Positions 50,372 to 63,856 of a stretch of 64,000 bases of DNA are shown here, piece by piece. The notes beneath the pieces were generated by a model. The model had not been told where the DNA came from and made no database searches. It saw only the letters and a list, made by a program, of their open reading frames with translations. How positions within the stretch are numbered: the stretch's first letter is position 1; each line of letters begins with the position of its first letter. This stretch comes from Rhizodiscina lignyota. Lineage: Eukaryota. The translations under genes and the position numbers were made by a program. Location of the stretch: assembly GCA_010015805.1 (NCBI GenBank), contig ML978127.1:496001-560000 (forward strand), in the 5' to 3' direction.

Positions 50372-53248
50372 ATGGGCAACAGCGCAGGCAAAGAAGCACG
50401 ATCGGACCGTCTGTCCCAATCTCGCTCAAACGACAGTCGTACTGGCGATCCTTCCTCTCCCACAGCGGCCGCCGGATCGTCACAGGCGCAACCGGGTGAT
50501 AACCCGGGCGGTCGTGTCTATTCCTCTGGCAGAAATCGTGGTAGTCGACATGACTTATCGTTCTTAGGCCTCGGAGGAAACTCTGACAGAGATCCGGCAC
50601 AGCCGGAGCCAAGGAGGGAGACCAAGGCGGAGCGAGAAGCGAGGAAATTGGAGAAAGAGCGGGAGCTGAGGAAGAAGGAGCGTGAGCGGAGCATAAAGGA
50701 GGAGGGCGTTGATGGAGGATATCTCGTTACACTTGGCACTTACACGGGTACGGAGGATTTCAATAAGTCAGTGGTGAGGCAGTTGATGGTATGTTCGTTC
50801 AATTTTGGTGGCATCACAAGGATGGTACAACTCACGGACACGTAGATTGAGAGAAGGTTAGCGCCTTTCTGGAGAGGTCTGAATGACCACTCAGATACTT
50901 GGACGGAGCATCAGCTCGTTGCAGTCGCTCGAGGCCTGCCACTTCCCGCTGCCGACGAAATTCCCCCGGAAGATACGTCCAGAAATACTTCACAGACCAG
51001 AGCTGGCGAACGCGCAGCGGACGTCAACATCAACCATTTGACCGTGCCCATCACCTCGCGATCTCAGTCATACACCTCCGACACATCGGCAACCCTCTCA
51101 CCTTCGCATCCTGCATTCTCCTCAAGCGCACCGCCACCCGGTGTCTCGCAATCCACACCCTTCTTCAAAGGCCGAGCTAAGGCGTTGGCCGCACTCAAGA
51201 CTTCGAGCAATGCCGGCTCCCAGACGGACATGACACCACAGGAAATTCAACTACCGAAAGACCCTTACGTCAACGGCCAGCAAATAGAGGTATTCTTGTA
51301 TAAAGACGCCTCTGAATGCCCCATATGCTTCCTCTACTACCCACCTTACCTCAACAAAACGCGTTGCTGTGACCAGCCCATTTGCTCGGAATGCTTCGTC
51401 CAGATAAAACGCCCTGATCCTCATCCACCTGAACACCACGATGACCCAGACAATCCGAACACCTCGAATGGCTCGAACGGCTCGAACGGCATGAGCGAAC
51501 ACCAGCAGCCTCCTCCCCCAGAGGAAGAGAACATGTTGGTCTGCGAGCCAGCCGCATGTCCATTCTGCGTCCAGCCCGAGTTCGGCGTGACGTACGAACC
51601 CCCTCCGTTTCGCCGAGGTCTTGTCTATGCCATACAAGGCCGTGGTTTATCAGCAATGAGTGCAACATCAGCCATGTCTTCATCGTCATCTTTGAATTCA
51701 CAAGGCATGTCTACACCAGGCGGCACGAATACAGGTAGACGACGAACGACATCGCTGTCTGCCTCTGCGCCTAGCGTTATTACGACCGACCGTGTACGGC
51801 CAGACTGGGCGAAAAAGCTGTCTGACGCGCGAGCGCATGCGTTGAGGAGAGCTGCGGCGGCAACAGCATTGCACAACGCCGCATACGTGCTCGGTAACGT
51901 AGGGGGTTCTGATGGGAGAGGCTTGCTTGGCCGGAGGAGGCGCATGTTTGCTAGCATTGGAGACAGCGGCAGCGCAAACGGAAGCGGGAGTGGGACGCCA
52001 TCGCGTGTGCCGGAACACATGTCGCTGAGCCATGTTGGTGCGATGTTAGCGGCTGCAGACCGCGAGCGAGAGAGGGGCGCAAACTTGCCTGGTGGAGAGA
52101 ACACTACCTCTGGCAGGGGTTCACGGAGAACTAGGATGGAAGATCTCGAGGAGCTGATGATGATGGAAGCGATTCGACTGAGTCTTGCATCAGAGGAAGA
52201 GCGACGCCGTAAGGAAGAGAAGGAGGAGGTCAAGCGGTTGAAGAAGGAAGAGAAAAGGGCTGCTAAGGAAGCGAAGAAGGCAGAAAAGGCGCAGAGAAAA
52301 TCGAGTGGCGGAATGATGTACACCGCCAGCAGCAATGCGAGCACCATCTCCAACTTTCTTGCGAGCGGCTCAGCGCAGCCTCAGACTCCTGTTGACGGGA
52401 AGGGGAAGGCTATCGATCGTGGCAGCCCACCTTCGATGTTAAACGAGCCCGGCGCTAGTGTTGCGGACATCGGCTCTGGGCCGTCAAGTCCAAGGGAAGA
52501 CCCGCAGCGCCATCTTGAGCACAGCAGAGCACAGATTCAGAATCTCCCGGGGAGCGATGCAAACTCTAGGGCACCAACACCTGCGATCAATATCACGGAT
52601 AGTCCAACTAGTGGCAACCACCGGTCTAGTCTGCGCCATCTGTCCAACGCTTCGAGCTCGGCCTCATCATTAAATGAGTCAATCCCTGGTTCCGTTGGCA
52701 ATACCAGTGGCGGCCTCGAGCCTAATCCCACAGGTGTAAACCATGCCCGCACAGGTAGTGCAATTGACATCGTCGCGGCCGAAGACCCTCTTACGAGTGA
52801 AACGCCTCCCGGTGGTGGAGCGGGTACAGAGCCTATGTTCAATTTCCGTAGCCTCGCGGAGGTGATTGGGAACGAGGAAGGCCAAGGCAAGGACGACGAT
52901 AACGCAGAGCGCATTGAGAACGTTACGGATAACACCAAACTCAGCGCAAATCCAGGTCCGAATGCGAACCTAGGACGCCTGAGTCCCGAAAGCGTAACAG
53001 ACACGAGCTCGCTGAATCGCAGCAGAGGGGACTCTGGCGAGAGTTCAAACAGCAGTGTACCGCCTGATGTGGCGGAAGTAGTGCAGAGGGGAACGAGAAA
53101 AGAGGATGATGAAATGGACATTGGGCCTGCACCAGTGCCACTTGCGCAAACTGCCACGCAGGCGAGCAACCCTTACGACGCGAAACATTTCGGAGATATC
53201 AGTGTACTGGATCCAGTTGCACAGGCAGGCAGAGAAGCGTTCCGATAA
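50372..53248 (+). CDS. SIP5: Sip5 (Snf1-interacting protein)
   Basis: MGN start (myristoylation-type), [55 protein letters not shown] and EAIRLSL; intron 50789-50845. Confidence 0.92.
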
Positions 53249-54648
53249 CATAGCGTCAGGAGGAGCTCTGCTGTCGATGGCGTTCTAGTGAGGATTGGAA
53301 GGGAGGCGTATGCATCCCACCGGGCTGGGCAAGGGGAGCACCTCACTTGGCTTCATGGCGTTTGGACGGATGCACAGTTTATGTGATCTTATGCTTGCAT
53401 ATGTGCCGCTCGTGCCGGCCTTTCTTCTTGTTTTCCTCATTTTCGCGGCACTCATTTTGGTCCAGGATGACAGAACAGACTGATCATTGCATACAGCACC
53501 ATAAAAAATCGAGTACTGATTGCGCAGGCCCTCGCTGCTTGGGGCCAGGGGGCGGTAGTTTGTGAGCCTTCGCGCTATCATTCAGCACCGTGGTTTTTCT
53601 TGTCATGATAGAACGCTAGAATGAGAATATGTCTAGATATCCCTGACGCAAGTGACACACCGGAGTGTAACCCGCTTAGGTGAAGATAGTTCGTAGTCTC
53701 GGTCCGGTAACTACAAATAATATACGGAGTACGGAGAACGGAGTACTTGAACTGCCACCGCTCAGTCCTTCCGCTCCCATTGCGTTTGCTGCAGAAGCTA
53801 GCACCTTTTCTCTCTCTAGCCTTCATCCATACTGAACGCTGTTCAATTACTTGCCCTTTGCGTCAGTTTATCAGCTCGTTTGCTCTGTGCTCTGTCTGAC
53901 TGGGATCCTCGAATTCTCCAAATCCTTAAGCCTCGTTGCCTTGTGACGAATAGCCTATACGTCCGTCTTCACTGTAACGTTGATGTGATATTCCTAATTA
54001 TTCCAGACGCTTAGCCTCTTCGTGCTCCATGACCTTCGTACTTGTTGTACATGGGATGGTAAGGAATTTGCTCGACACTCCCATGTGGACACTGGAACAA
54101 ACCAGGCCCTATTGATTGAGACTCGCGGTGCCTAAGTGCAATTGGGATGGGAAATGTGGCTCCACGTAGACGGAACAGAAGGTGAACTATGAGGAGACTC
54201 TCAAAGATGAAATGTAGGTATAGATTGCGTCCCCATTTTGACCTTCGCGCTGGTTGTAACGGGAGCTTGAGTAGCCATCAGTGCAAGCCCTGCCCTAAAG
54301 ACTCTGAGGAGACAATCCATAGAAACGTGCCAATGTGACCGGAAGTTCTTTATTCTCCTACGGCTAGACCTAGCTCTTGTGGTATAATGAAATTACTGGT
54401 AGCAATAGCCTGTCGATCGATGGTAGGTTACAAAGAGAATAGGCTTTAGCTACAGTACGTTGAACGTAGCCTCAGATAGAAACTCAATGTTTAGTCAATG
54501 TACACTGCGTTCGATCAGCTAGATGTTATTTAACAAGTACTCGCCAAAGCATATTCAATTAAGGTTTCAGAGATGCTCTCGCTTGCGGTGAAGAGTAAAA
54601 CTCGCTGATGGTGCACGTTTTTGATGAACTTCAGCCAGGAGATTCTCT

Positions 54649-54729
54649 GGAAGCGGGCAGGGAAGCAGGCAGAGAAAACAGCGGCAGGGGCAGAGAAACA
54701 GGCAGAGCAGCGGGCAGAAGAGCGGACAG
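54649..54729. repeat. Degenerate ~12-nt tandem repeat (RGAARCRGGCAG-like), with no T on the + strand
   Basis: Units ggaagcgggcag / ggaagcaggcag / ... / agaaacaggcag / agcagcgggcag / aagagcggacag. Confidence 0.75.
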
Positions 54730-54843
54730 TATAACGACCCCCTTTCCTCGGTCATCATCATAGAGCCAAGACTCTAACAGATACCGCATTTGGCACAACT
54801 GATCCACTACTTGCGAGACTTTAAATGACCATGACGCGATAAT

Positions 54844-55773
54844 ATGGCCGAGGATATGCATGTAAACCCCCAGAGAGCCAGGCAGCTCTTGGAAAACCTG
54901 GGCTCCGTCTCGCAAACTATTCAGAGTGCGAGTCGAGTGAGTGGAAAGAATGTATATCACTTCTTTCCTTACGTTACGTCTCTTTTTAATGTGGGCAACA
55001 TCAATTGATGCCATTTTCCCATCATCCAGGTCCGTCTTGTAGCAGTATCGAAGCTCAAACCTGCCTCCGATATCCTCGCCCTCCACACTTCTCCAAATCC
55101 GCAATACCACTTCGGCGAGAACTACTTCCAAGAGCTCAACGAGAAGGCAGCTCTCCTTCCTCGATCGGTCCGATGGCACTTCATTGGCGCTCTCCAGACG
55201 AATAAATGCAAGCCGCTCGCAGAGCATATACCGAACTTATGGTGCGTTGAGAGCGTGGACAATGCCAAAAAGGCAGATGCGCTGGAAAAGGGAAGAGCAG
55301 CGTTGACCGAGCGCTTGAAGACTCAAAATGAGAACGGCACGAGTAATGGAGACTCAGCAGGCAACCAAGAGCAATTGCGCATAATGGTGCAGGTGAACAC
55401 ATCAGGCGAGGAGTCGAAAAGCGGATGCGAACCGGGAGATACGGTGGCATTGTGCCGACATGTTCGAGAATCATGTCCACATCTGAAGCTACAGGGCCTT
55501 ATGACTATTGGTGCAATCGCAAGGTCAAAGGCGACGACGGCAGAGACCGAAAATGAGGATTTCGTGGCATTAAAAGACACGCGAGACAAAGTTGCGGCGG
55601 AGCTAGGCATTCCAGCGGACGAACTGGAACTGTCAATGGGAATGAGCTCCGATTATGAAGGAGCCATAGCCATGGGCAGCGACGAAGTGCGCATAGGGAG
55701 CACGATCTTCGGGGAACGACCTCCCAAGAAAGATGCCAAAGTGGTGGAAGACGTCAAGGAGGAGAAAGGATAG
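54844..55773 (+). CDS. PLP homeostasis protein (YggS/PROSC/PLPBP family)
   Basis: VRLVAVSKLKP, FGENYFQEL, WHFIGALQTNK, VQVNTSGEESKSG, GLMTIG and LSMGMS.D...AI..GS..VRIGSTIFG; one intron ending at 55029. Confidence 0.95.
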
Positions 55774-55974
55774 ACAGTATTATTGGTGCAGTGAATGTTC
55801 ATCATTAGAGTCAGATGCCACACTTCAGCCTCTGCTCTCCGAACCTCATTACCAAAGATGCATACACACAACCGATGGTATCCTGCAAAATGACGACGTC
55901 CTGCCATGCTCAATGCTAAGGAAATGATTTCCACAGTAACCTGACTCCGATGCTTCGCTCAGAACCGAACCATT

Positions 55975-58952
55975 TCACTCGTCCAGTTCGCCTTGTGACA
56001 ACCGCCCTTCCATAAATTTCACCAAGATAGGGGGGACAGCCTCGTCCGTTGCCCGTACAGTAATGCGATACATCTACCACTTCGTTAGCAAGGTATGCAA
56101 TGAGGACATATATATGGCGTACCAAAGTCTCGTAATTTGGTTCCACCCTCAACAGACAGCCAAATTTTCCGCCATCACCGGTATGGAGAACCGTAGCACC
56201 AACCAAATTCTTCGGGTTTGGATCCACATTGTCCAACACGCCCCATTTGAACCCCTCCACAGTCTTGCGTGTGTAGGATGGATTCATCCTACGAGTCTTG
56301 CTCACGAGTCCAAATACGCGCTGCGCTTCTCGGGCGTTGCCGATTTGCTTCCATCTCTTGAAGAAGTCATCTGCATTCAAAGCTGCACTTTCCATATACT
56401 TGTGCAGCACAACCGGTAGCTGTAAAGTTAAAGCTTGCAGAGCTCCGGCCAAGTACGAGATGCGGATGGTGGGTGGATCTGTAAATACATTCTTTGCCTC
56501 GAACATGATCATCTGCTGTGTTTGGCCTTCCTGGGTAATCGTCGTGTCTGGCAGACTCTTGACATTCGTCTTGAGGGTGTCGGCAGATCGGTTATCCAAT
56601 GTCGTTGTGAACGAGTTGATGGGAAAGGAGTTCTTATTGGTGAAGTAGAGTATGACACAGCCGAGATCGCCGCGATATTCTGTCCGCAAGCCGATCTGCA
56701 TTTGGCTATCCTCATAAAAGACGCCCTCGGCACGCAGGAGTAAGCGGTTATACCCAATCTCCCAGTCTGGACTCAGGTGGTCCGCACTGGCCCAATTAGG
56801 CAATTTAGGCACAGGCTCTGTCATATCCAACCCTTGGAGGTCAGAGGCACCATTTGTACCGTTACTGGCCTTCGAATGTCCGTTTGTATCCGCCCCGCGC
56901 ACGTGGATTGGCGAATTTTCAGTGAAAGATCGTTTGAGACCCGTATTTGACCGGGCGAGGCTGAATTCCTTCGCATCAGTATTCGCATCTTTCCCTCCGA
57001 CCACCCACGTTCGCCTATCACTTGTTCCAGCATGCTTCTGATGCAGTCGAGATAGCAATGCCGAGGCACGTTCAGGGAACGGCGGCATCTCATCGCACAC
57101 TGTGCGAAGAAGCTCATCAGTCGGAAGACTCGCTAGTGCAAGATATTCGCAAGCTCTTTGCTGGAGCTCAGAGTCGGTGTTGTGGCTGTAGACCTTGAAG
57201 ACCTGGACCAGTTGAGGCTTAATCTCAGGGAAAAGATTGACGAATTTGACGAAGCAGGACAGAATGATTGATCTTGTGCTAAAAGAACATCCATGCATCT
57301 TCGATTGGAGAGCCATGAACTGCTCTATCGGACTGGAGCCCTTGTTGTCTGCGATGAGATGGCCAAACTCTCCAAGAATGTATGCTCCTATCTTGACCAA
57401 CGTTTCGTGGCAGTGATCGCCTTTGATGTATTGAAGAATGTTTTGGGCTGCATAGGTCTGCAGCTCATCGTTGTTCGTTACGATCTGGATGATGCGCTGC
57501 CACACCTCGTCGCTGACGTGCTCGCCTGCCATCGCAATGAGACGAAGTGATATGTCAACATACCACTGTATGTCAGTGGCATATTTCTCGGTCAGAATCG
57601 CAATCTTGAGCACCATTTCTTCTCTGATTGCGTAGTCTGCTGTTTGAAGGTACTTCAAGAGCTCTGAAACAATCGGCTGAGAATTCGATGAGTCGCACAT
57701 GCTGTACAGAAGGTCGAGTGCCTGCCGGCGAACACTTATGTCCCTGTCTCGAAGGAGTCCGATAATAATGCTTTGGTGTTTCTTTATAGGGTCCAAAGTT
57801 TCCGAGCGGGCAGCAAGGTGAGTCATGGCCTCAAGTCCAAGATACCGCACGTTCGTCTCCCTGGCTTGGATGAACTTGCCCAGTTTACTCGATATCTGGA
57901 TCATCAAATCGCGTTCTGTTTCCAGGTGGATGACCAGATTGATCGCTTCGAATAAAACGGCGTTCTGGGCATTGTTTTGTTGTACGTTTTTTGGCATATC
58001 CATAGCGGACTCCATAATACTTGTTAAAGAGTCTCGGATGAGCCCTCGAATATGAGTGTCCTCTGCAGGGCGTTAGTTTTGGCCTATTGCATGGAGAGGG
58101 CCACGTACCTGATGGTGGGTAATATTGTAGAAGCTTGAGCAGCTTGACCTGAATCCAAGGGCATGGAACCTTGTAATACAAGTAATCTGCGGCGCAGTCC
58201 CCATCTACCACGATGGCCTTCAGTCGCCTCGCTGCCTTTACATAGCTCGCCTTGTATTGATCTGGGCTGTCCTGTACGATTGTCATGACTAGTGATGTGA
58301 CTGACAGTGCCACACCCATGTCCGGATCATCCATAAGCGCGATTATCCGCTCAGACCATTCTAGTTGCACGATGCTTGGGTGCTTCCGATACAGCCGCAG
58401 TAACGTCAGAGCAGCCTTCTTCTTCACAAAAGGCTTGGAAGTTGGAGATATCAGCAGTCGATGGACGTCGCTACTCAAGGCCTCTCCCATCTCCTTTCCA
58501 CCAACGTTCGCAATTGCATGGAGCGCCAGGCAGTTGTTGAGCTCATTGTGATCAAGGAGGTCTTTCCGTATGCTATTGACGACGAGATGAAGAAGCTCGT
58601 GCTTTTCGTGGAGAAACAGTGTCACTGCCAGATATCCAATTTGCTTCTCTGAATACTTGGTCGCCGAGACGAGATTGACGGCCTCCAAGTGGCCAAAGTC
58701 AACATTCCATCCAAGGATGTAGATGTACAGCAGCTTGCAGACGTATTTCTTCTTGTTGTAGCCGTTCAAATTGCCGTCCTTGAACTTCTGCCGGATATTT
58801 GCAAGCTCCTTGTTGATTCTCTTCTCCTCCAGGTCTCGTGCTCTTGCATTTCTCAAGTCTGCTATGAACGAAACGAGCCCTCGCATGGACGACTGGTTTC
58901 CGGAGTTCCCACGGCTGAACAGGGAGGTGGGTGTGACGGAGGAAGAGGCCAT
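55975..58952 (-). CDS. APL3: AP-2 adaptor complex alpha subunit (alpha-adaptin)
   Basis: MRGLVSFIADLRNARA..EEKRINKELANIRQKF, YYKVPCPWIQVKL, ELQQRACEY and an appendage domain; two introns; last exon MYRITVRATDE..ELDE*. Confidence 0.96.
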
Positions 58953-59390
58953 GGTGACAGATGTAGCCGAGGAATGAGTCGATTTAGTATTGTGGCCCAC
59001 GAACGTCGAAGAGTCGACAGACTCAAGCTGCTCTTCTCATCGCATTACAAATTGAAAGCAGGAGCGTTGCGCGGACGAAGCTGCACAGGTGGGTGGAAGG
59101 CGGGAAGATCTCTAGAGGTGCGCGTAGGGTTCGGAGAGCGCATAGCGCGAGATATTAGTCTATGCGCATCGGACAGGTACAGCAGGCAGTGGAGGGAGGA
59201 AAGAAGTGAGGATTTTCTTGCGGAGACGACCGAATGGTGAAGACGGGGTCGACGTCGTAAGGTAGCTTGCAGGAAACCCCGGAAACGCTTGGCGCCACGC
59301 TGTAGCGCGCGGATGGCGCGTGGAGTCGGCGTGCCAAAAAGTGTCTGAAAGCTTGAAGCTGCTTTTTATAGCTTCTACAACCCCGATACA

Positions 59391-60446
59391 ATGCGACCAC
59401 TACTGCAAGCCGTGGCAGCATTTGACACGTTGCTCTCTGGGTTCAGCCGTCAAGGCCACAGGAACTATTCTATTTGTCGCCAGTGCCATGAGAGGCTCCA
59501 ATTGAGGGCCCGAAGGACCTCACATGCGCCACGGCGGGTGGCATTTTCGAGTCTCTCTGCGAAACGGAATAACGCTGCGGAGGCCACAGATCAATTAGAA
59601 ACTCCCGACGACTACCTGCCAGCAGAGACTGGAGAATCCCTCGAATGGATTGGTTCCAAAGAGTGGCTTGAGGCGAGAGACGCCAAACCTATTAGACACA
59701 AGCCGTAGGTTATTATTCTGGACCTTTATTTGGAGTGGCTACGGCTAATGAAAATTGTCTATTTCTAGATTCCTTCCTGTAAAGAAGCTCACAAAACCTC
59801 AAGATATCTTTCGAGCCTTACACCGTTCGCTGGTGGAAATTTATGCACGAGCAAGTTCTACACAGGGTTCTCAAAAGCACTTATGGCGGGACACTGCTCC
59901 AAATGCGCCGGACGAGACGCAACTAGTGAGGTTCAAAGTCGAACCGAGCTCCGGAAAAGTTGTTCTTGTATTCCCGGATAGAGAAGCAAAAGCGCGGCTG
60001 TGTGATGCTTTGGGCGCCCAGATGTCGGGGGCTTCGTGGACCATTGAGGAGTCGAGCAGAGAGACGCAGGAGGGTCACTGGGCTTCTCTGACGTTGGGAG
60101 ATGTGGCTACAAAGTTTGCGGTATGCGAAGGTATTCATTTATCTTACAACGGCCTAACATGATCCAGATCATCAAACGATCAATGCAATTGACGGGCATT
60201 CGAATCTCTGATGCCACGATCAATTCTTGCTCCACCCCACAATCGCTACTTGCCGCCCTTACGACCACGCCTAAAGACATCAAAGTTGTAGATTCCCTAG
60301 CCGAGGATCGAAGGCTGAAAGGACTAGACAATGTGACTATATACGGGCAACGTTTAACAGCGATGGACAAGGATCAGCAGCTTGGGAGGTGGAAAGTCAT
60401 TGAACAGGAGCTGGAACGGCGTGGGCTGCCCATCTTTGGGTCATAG
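59391..60446 (+). CDS. Mitochondrial ribosomal protein mL50 family
   Basis: Arg-rich presequence-like N-terminus, KFA|IIKRSMQLTGIRISD and NV.....T..DKD...GRWKVIEQEL..RGLP; two introns. Confidence 0.82.
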
Positions 60447-61246
60447 TAACTTTTATAAATTCTGTGTAGTCTATGTGTATTCAAAACTATCTCATAATAC
60501 GTCGTTTTCAAGGAGATGCTATTGTCGGATCTGTGGGGGCTTCCTGCTTACATCACAAGCGTAAGTCTCCAGACTCGGAGGATCTTGGCCATAAGTCCCA
60601 AACAGACCACCGCAGCACGGATAACTTCAAATTAAGTGCTCAAACGTACCCGTCAGATGATTTTGGACAGTCAGAACGCTTCAGATACTCTTGCCCAAGA
60701 TGGTGTAACCCTGCTTTGATGCCTCAGTGATTATGAAAGACGTTGACTAGCCGCGGAAAGTCACGATAACTGATCATGATGATATTAATCTGTAGGAGTT
60801 ATTTCATTAACTATGCATCTCTAATATTGCATCAGTTCATGGTTTAGACTGCACCTTTCGGCGCGATGCTGTTCGGTAGTACTTATCTGCGTGTTCTCCC
60901 TTTCCCGCATTCGAACATCTAAAGCATCTCGCAAGCCTTCTAAATTTGGAAAAGCTTTGATACACTTTGCCTTTTCCTTTTGAATGACTGTTGCTTGCTC
61001 TTCATTGACGGTGTCTGACACTTTTCTCTAGTTCTTCGGAAATCTCGATTACACTTACCTCAGCAACGCGAAGAGGATGCATCTAGTGATAAGGCGTCCA
61101 CTACGCAGCTAGGTTGTCCCGTACGATAACGTTCAGAAACCCTTGACGCTTACAATTATATAGCTTTCCTGTCGTGAATTCGTGCACTTGTAGAATCGGT
61201 TGGAATCTTCTAGCATCTTACTAGTGAACCTCTCGAGCATTGCACA

Positions 61247-63034
61247 ATGGAGTCTTTCGACTTAGTGGTCATCGGAGCTGGTAACATATCATACATCTTT
61301 TCTTGGCTCATGCTAATGCAAGATACAGGCGTATATGGACTTGCGGCTGCGAAAACATACCTTGAAATCAACCCATCGGCAGACATCATCGTCCTGGATG
61401 GCGCAAAGTCGATCGGCGGCGTTTGGGCCGCCGAGCGGTTGTATCCAGGCCTGAGATCTAATAATCTGCTCGGTACCTATGAGTATAGCGACTTTCCAAT
61501 GGACGAGGCTTCTTTTGGTGTTAAACCTGGACACCACATACCCGGTGAAGTCATTCACAAGTATCTGAATGCATACGCTACGAAATTCAACATCGCGCGA
61601 AAAGTACGCCTTCAAAGCAAAGTATACGTTGTACAGCAAGACGATAATGCGGGATGGATTCTCGAAGTTGCTACACAAGCAGGCGAATCCTCCTCAGATA
61701 TTTCCAAGCTTCATGCGAAGAGACTTATTGTAGCTACTGGACTTGCATCGGAACCTCTCCGAGTCAGTCTGCCTGGGATGGATGACTTTGGCGCGCCAAT
61801 TTTCCATTCACGAGAGTTCCGAGCACATAGCGATATGTTGAAGGAAGCGAAGGTAGTTACAGTCCTCGGGGGCCACAAGTCGGCTTGGGATGCTGCGTAT
61901 GAATTCGCGGCGAACGGTGTACAAGTGGAATGGGTCATTCGCGAATCCGGCCACGGTCCGATATGGAGCGCACCTTCGCACGTCACGCCTTTGAAGATGT
62001 GGCTAGAGAAGCTCATCTTTACCCGTCTACTTACGTGGTTCAGTCCTTGCATATTTGCGAATAGTTATGTGCGGCGATTCCTGCACGGCACGTTTGTGGG
62101 CAGATTCTTCGTGGACACGTTCTGGAAAATACTTGAAAGCGATCTGGTGCAGCTCAATGGCTATGACGAGCACCCGGAGACGAAAAAGCTCAAGCCTTGG
62201 AACGCTGCTTTTTGGATCGGCAATGGTCTCTCCATTCTCAACTTCCCGACCAGCATATTTGACATGGTGAAGAAAGGGCAAATACATGTACACGTCAGAG
62301 ATATCGTCCGATTATCGGAGAAACATGTGCACCTATCCAACGGAGAGATACTTCCCAGTGATGCCATAATCTGTGCATCTGGGTGGAAACCGCAGCCTTC
62401 AATCGAATTTCTACCGACGACTCTGAATGCCCGGTTAGGCCTACCTCATACATCCGACCAGAAGAACGATCTCGCAGTGGCGGCAGACCGCGATATACTT
62501 GGGCGATATCCCCGTCTTCGAAACCAGCCCGTTCTTAATCCAAAATACAAACCTCTCACGGGTGATGCCGAGGCACAAGCGAGCATCAATGAACCATTTC
62601 GCCTCTACCGCTTCATGGTGTCTCCAGATCCGGACTTCTTGAAGCTTCACAACATCGGCTTTGCTGGTATGATATGGACGCTCAGCCAGACTGTCTGTGC
62701 ACAAATGCAAAGCCTTTGGCTAACAGCGTACCTTGATGGCAAACTGAAAATCGATCAGGCACCAGATCAGGTCCTTTGGGAGGCTACTCTCTTCAGCCAA
62801 TTCCAGAAATGGAGACATCCAACTGGATACGGCAACATGGTCCCTGACCTAGTTTTCGAGACGCTGCCGTATTTCGACTTCATAATGGATGACCTCGGCC
62901 TCCAAGTTCACAGGAAGAAAACCACATTTGCGGAATTGTTCGAAGGGTACGGCCCCGAAGATTATAGAGAGATTGTCAAGGAATGGAAGGAGAAGAATGT
63001 ATACTCCTCTATTAATATAGATTATACACACTAA
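61247..63034 (+). CDS. Flavin-containing monooxygenase (FMO-like)
   Basis: After removing intron 61281-61328: VVIGAGVYGLAAA (FAD binding), GGVW, ATG, FMO-like FGAPIFHSREF and VLGGHKSAWD (NADPH binding). Confidence 0.93.
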   Translation: MESFDLVVIGAGNISYIFSWLMLMQDTGVYGLAAAKTYLEINPSADIIVLDGAKSIGGVWAAERLYPGLRSNNLLGTYEYSDFPMDEASFGVKPGHHIPGEVIHKYLNAYATKFNIARKVRLQSKVYVVQQDDNAGWILEVATQAGESSSDISKLHAKRLIVATGLASEPLRVSLPGMDDFGAPIFHSREFRAHSDMLKEAKVVTVLGGHKSAWDAAYEFAANGVQVEWVIRESGHGPIWSAPSHVTPLKMWLEKLIFTRLLTWFSPCIFANSYVRRFLHGTFVGRFFVDTFWKILESDLVQLNGYDEHPETKKLKPWNAAFWIGNGLSILNFPTSIFDMVKKGQIHVHVRDIVRLSEKHVHLSNGEILPSDAIICASGWKPQPSIEFLPTTLNARLGLPHTSDQKNDLAVAADRDILGRYPRLRNQPVLNPKYKPLTGDAEAQASINEPFRLYRFMVSPDPDFLKLHNIGFAGMIWTLSQTVCAQMQSLWLTAYLDGKLKIDQAPDQVLWEATLFSQFQKWRHPTGYGNMVPDLVFETLPYFDFIMDDLGLQVHRKKTTFAELFEGYGPEDYREIVKEWKEKNVYSSINIDYTH

Positions 63035-63409
63035 AGCTGTGTACTTTGGATTAATACTATCCAATATATATTAAATCGAGCTTTCAGAGATGCTCTCCCA
63101 TGTGCTGAAGAATAAAACTTGCCTTTACTGTGAGTGTTCAATTAATCGAGCTCAGCTATTTTGTCACCCGCGTGTCTGCTCAGCACACAGTACTAGACCC
63201 ATATTACTGATACATAATCAGATGAACGAGCAAGATGTTGTTTCTACTCCAAGACATGACGACTATCCTGGAGGTAACAGACGACTACCAGAAACGTTGG
63301 CTCGGCTCTGGAAGCTTTGGCGCACTGGCTGATCGTCGAAGCGGTACCTGTCGCAAGTGGGTGTATCCTAGCAGTTCTTTAAATACAAACATACGATAAG
63401 CACTTACGC

Positions 63410-63856
63410 ATGGATAATCCTTTGGGTGAATCTCACTGGGACGAGGGAGTGCGCATCTTCTATGTACAGTATCTCATTCTCAACAGATGTACTGGAGACG
63501 AAGACGTCATGCAGATCAAACGGTCTTCCGAGTCCGACGACCTGAGATTGTGGCCTGGACAGATTGTGCAAGCGCTGAGATTGCGGAGGCCCATGCCATC
63601 CGGCGCGTTTAGCATCACGTGGTCGAAGTGGAGCATGCGCGAGCAAATCTCGAACGAACACGACCTCACGGATGGGCCCGTCCACTCCGACCCACAGCTG
63701 TTCGTATGCCACCGAGCAATTTGCAACGGGGATAGGCCTGGCAGGCGTGAATGCGAGATTGTCTCTCTGCGACCTGGTCAGTTTCAGCAGGTCAAATACT
63801 GCAGCTCGCTGCCGGGCCCTGCCTGCGCAGATTTGATAATCTGTGCGGGCCAATGA
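63410..63856 (+). CDS. Possible hypothetical protein
   Basis: 148-codon ATG ORF behind an AT-rich TATA-like stretch. No domain recognised, and a similar-length ORF lies antisense. Confidence 0.25.
   Translation: MDNPLGESHWDEGVRIFYVQYLILNRCTGDEDVMQIKRSSESDDLRLWPGQIVQALRLRRPMPSGAFSITWSKWSMREQISNEHDLTDGPVHSDPQLFVCHRAICNGDRPGRRECEIVSLRPGQFQQVKYCSSLPGPACADLIICAGQ

Noticed and set aside
21363..63034. Secondary metabolite cluster (P450, FMO, MFS, methyltransferase-like)
   Set aside because: The genes are spread over 40 kb among housekeeping genes and there is no backbone enzyme.
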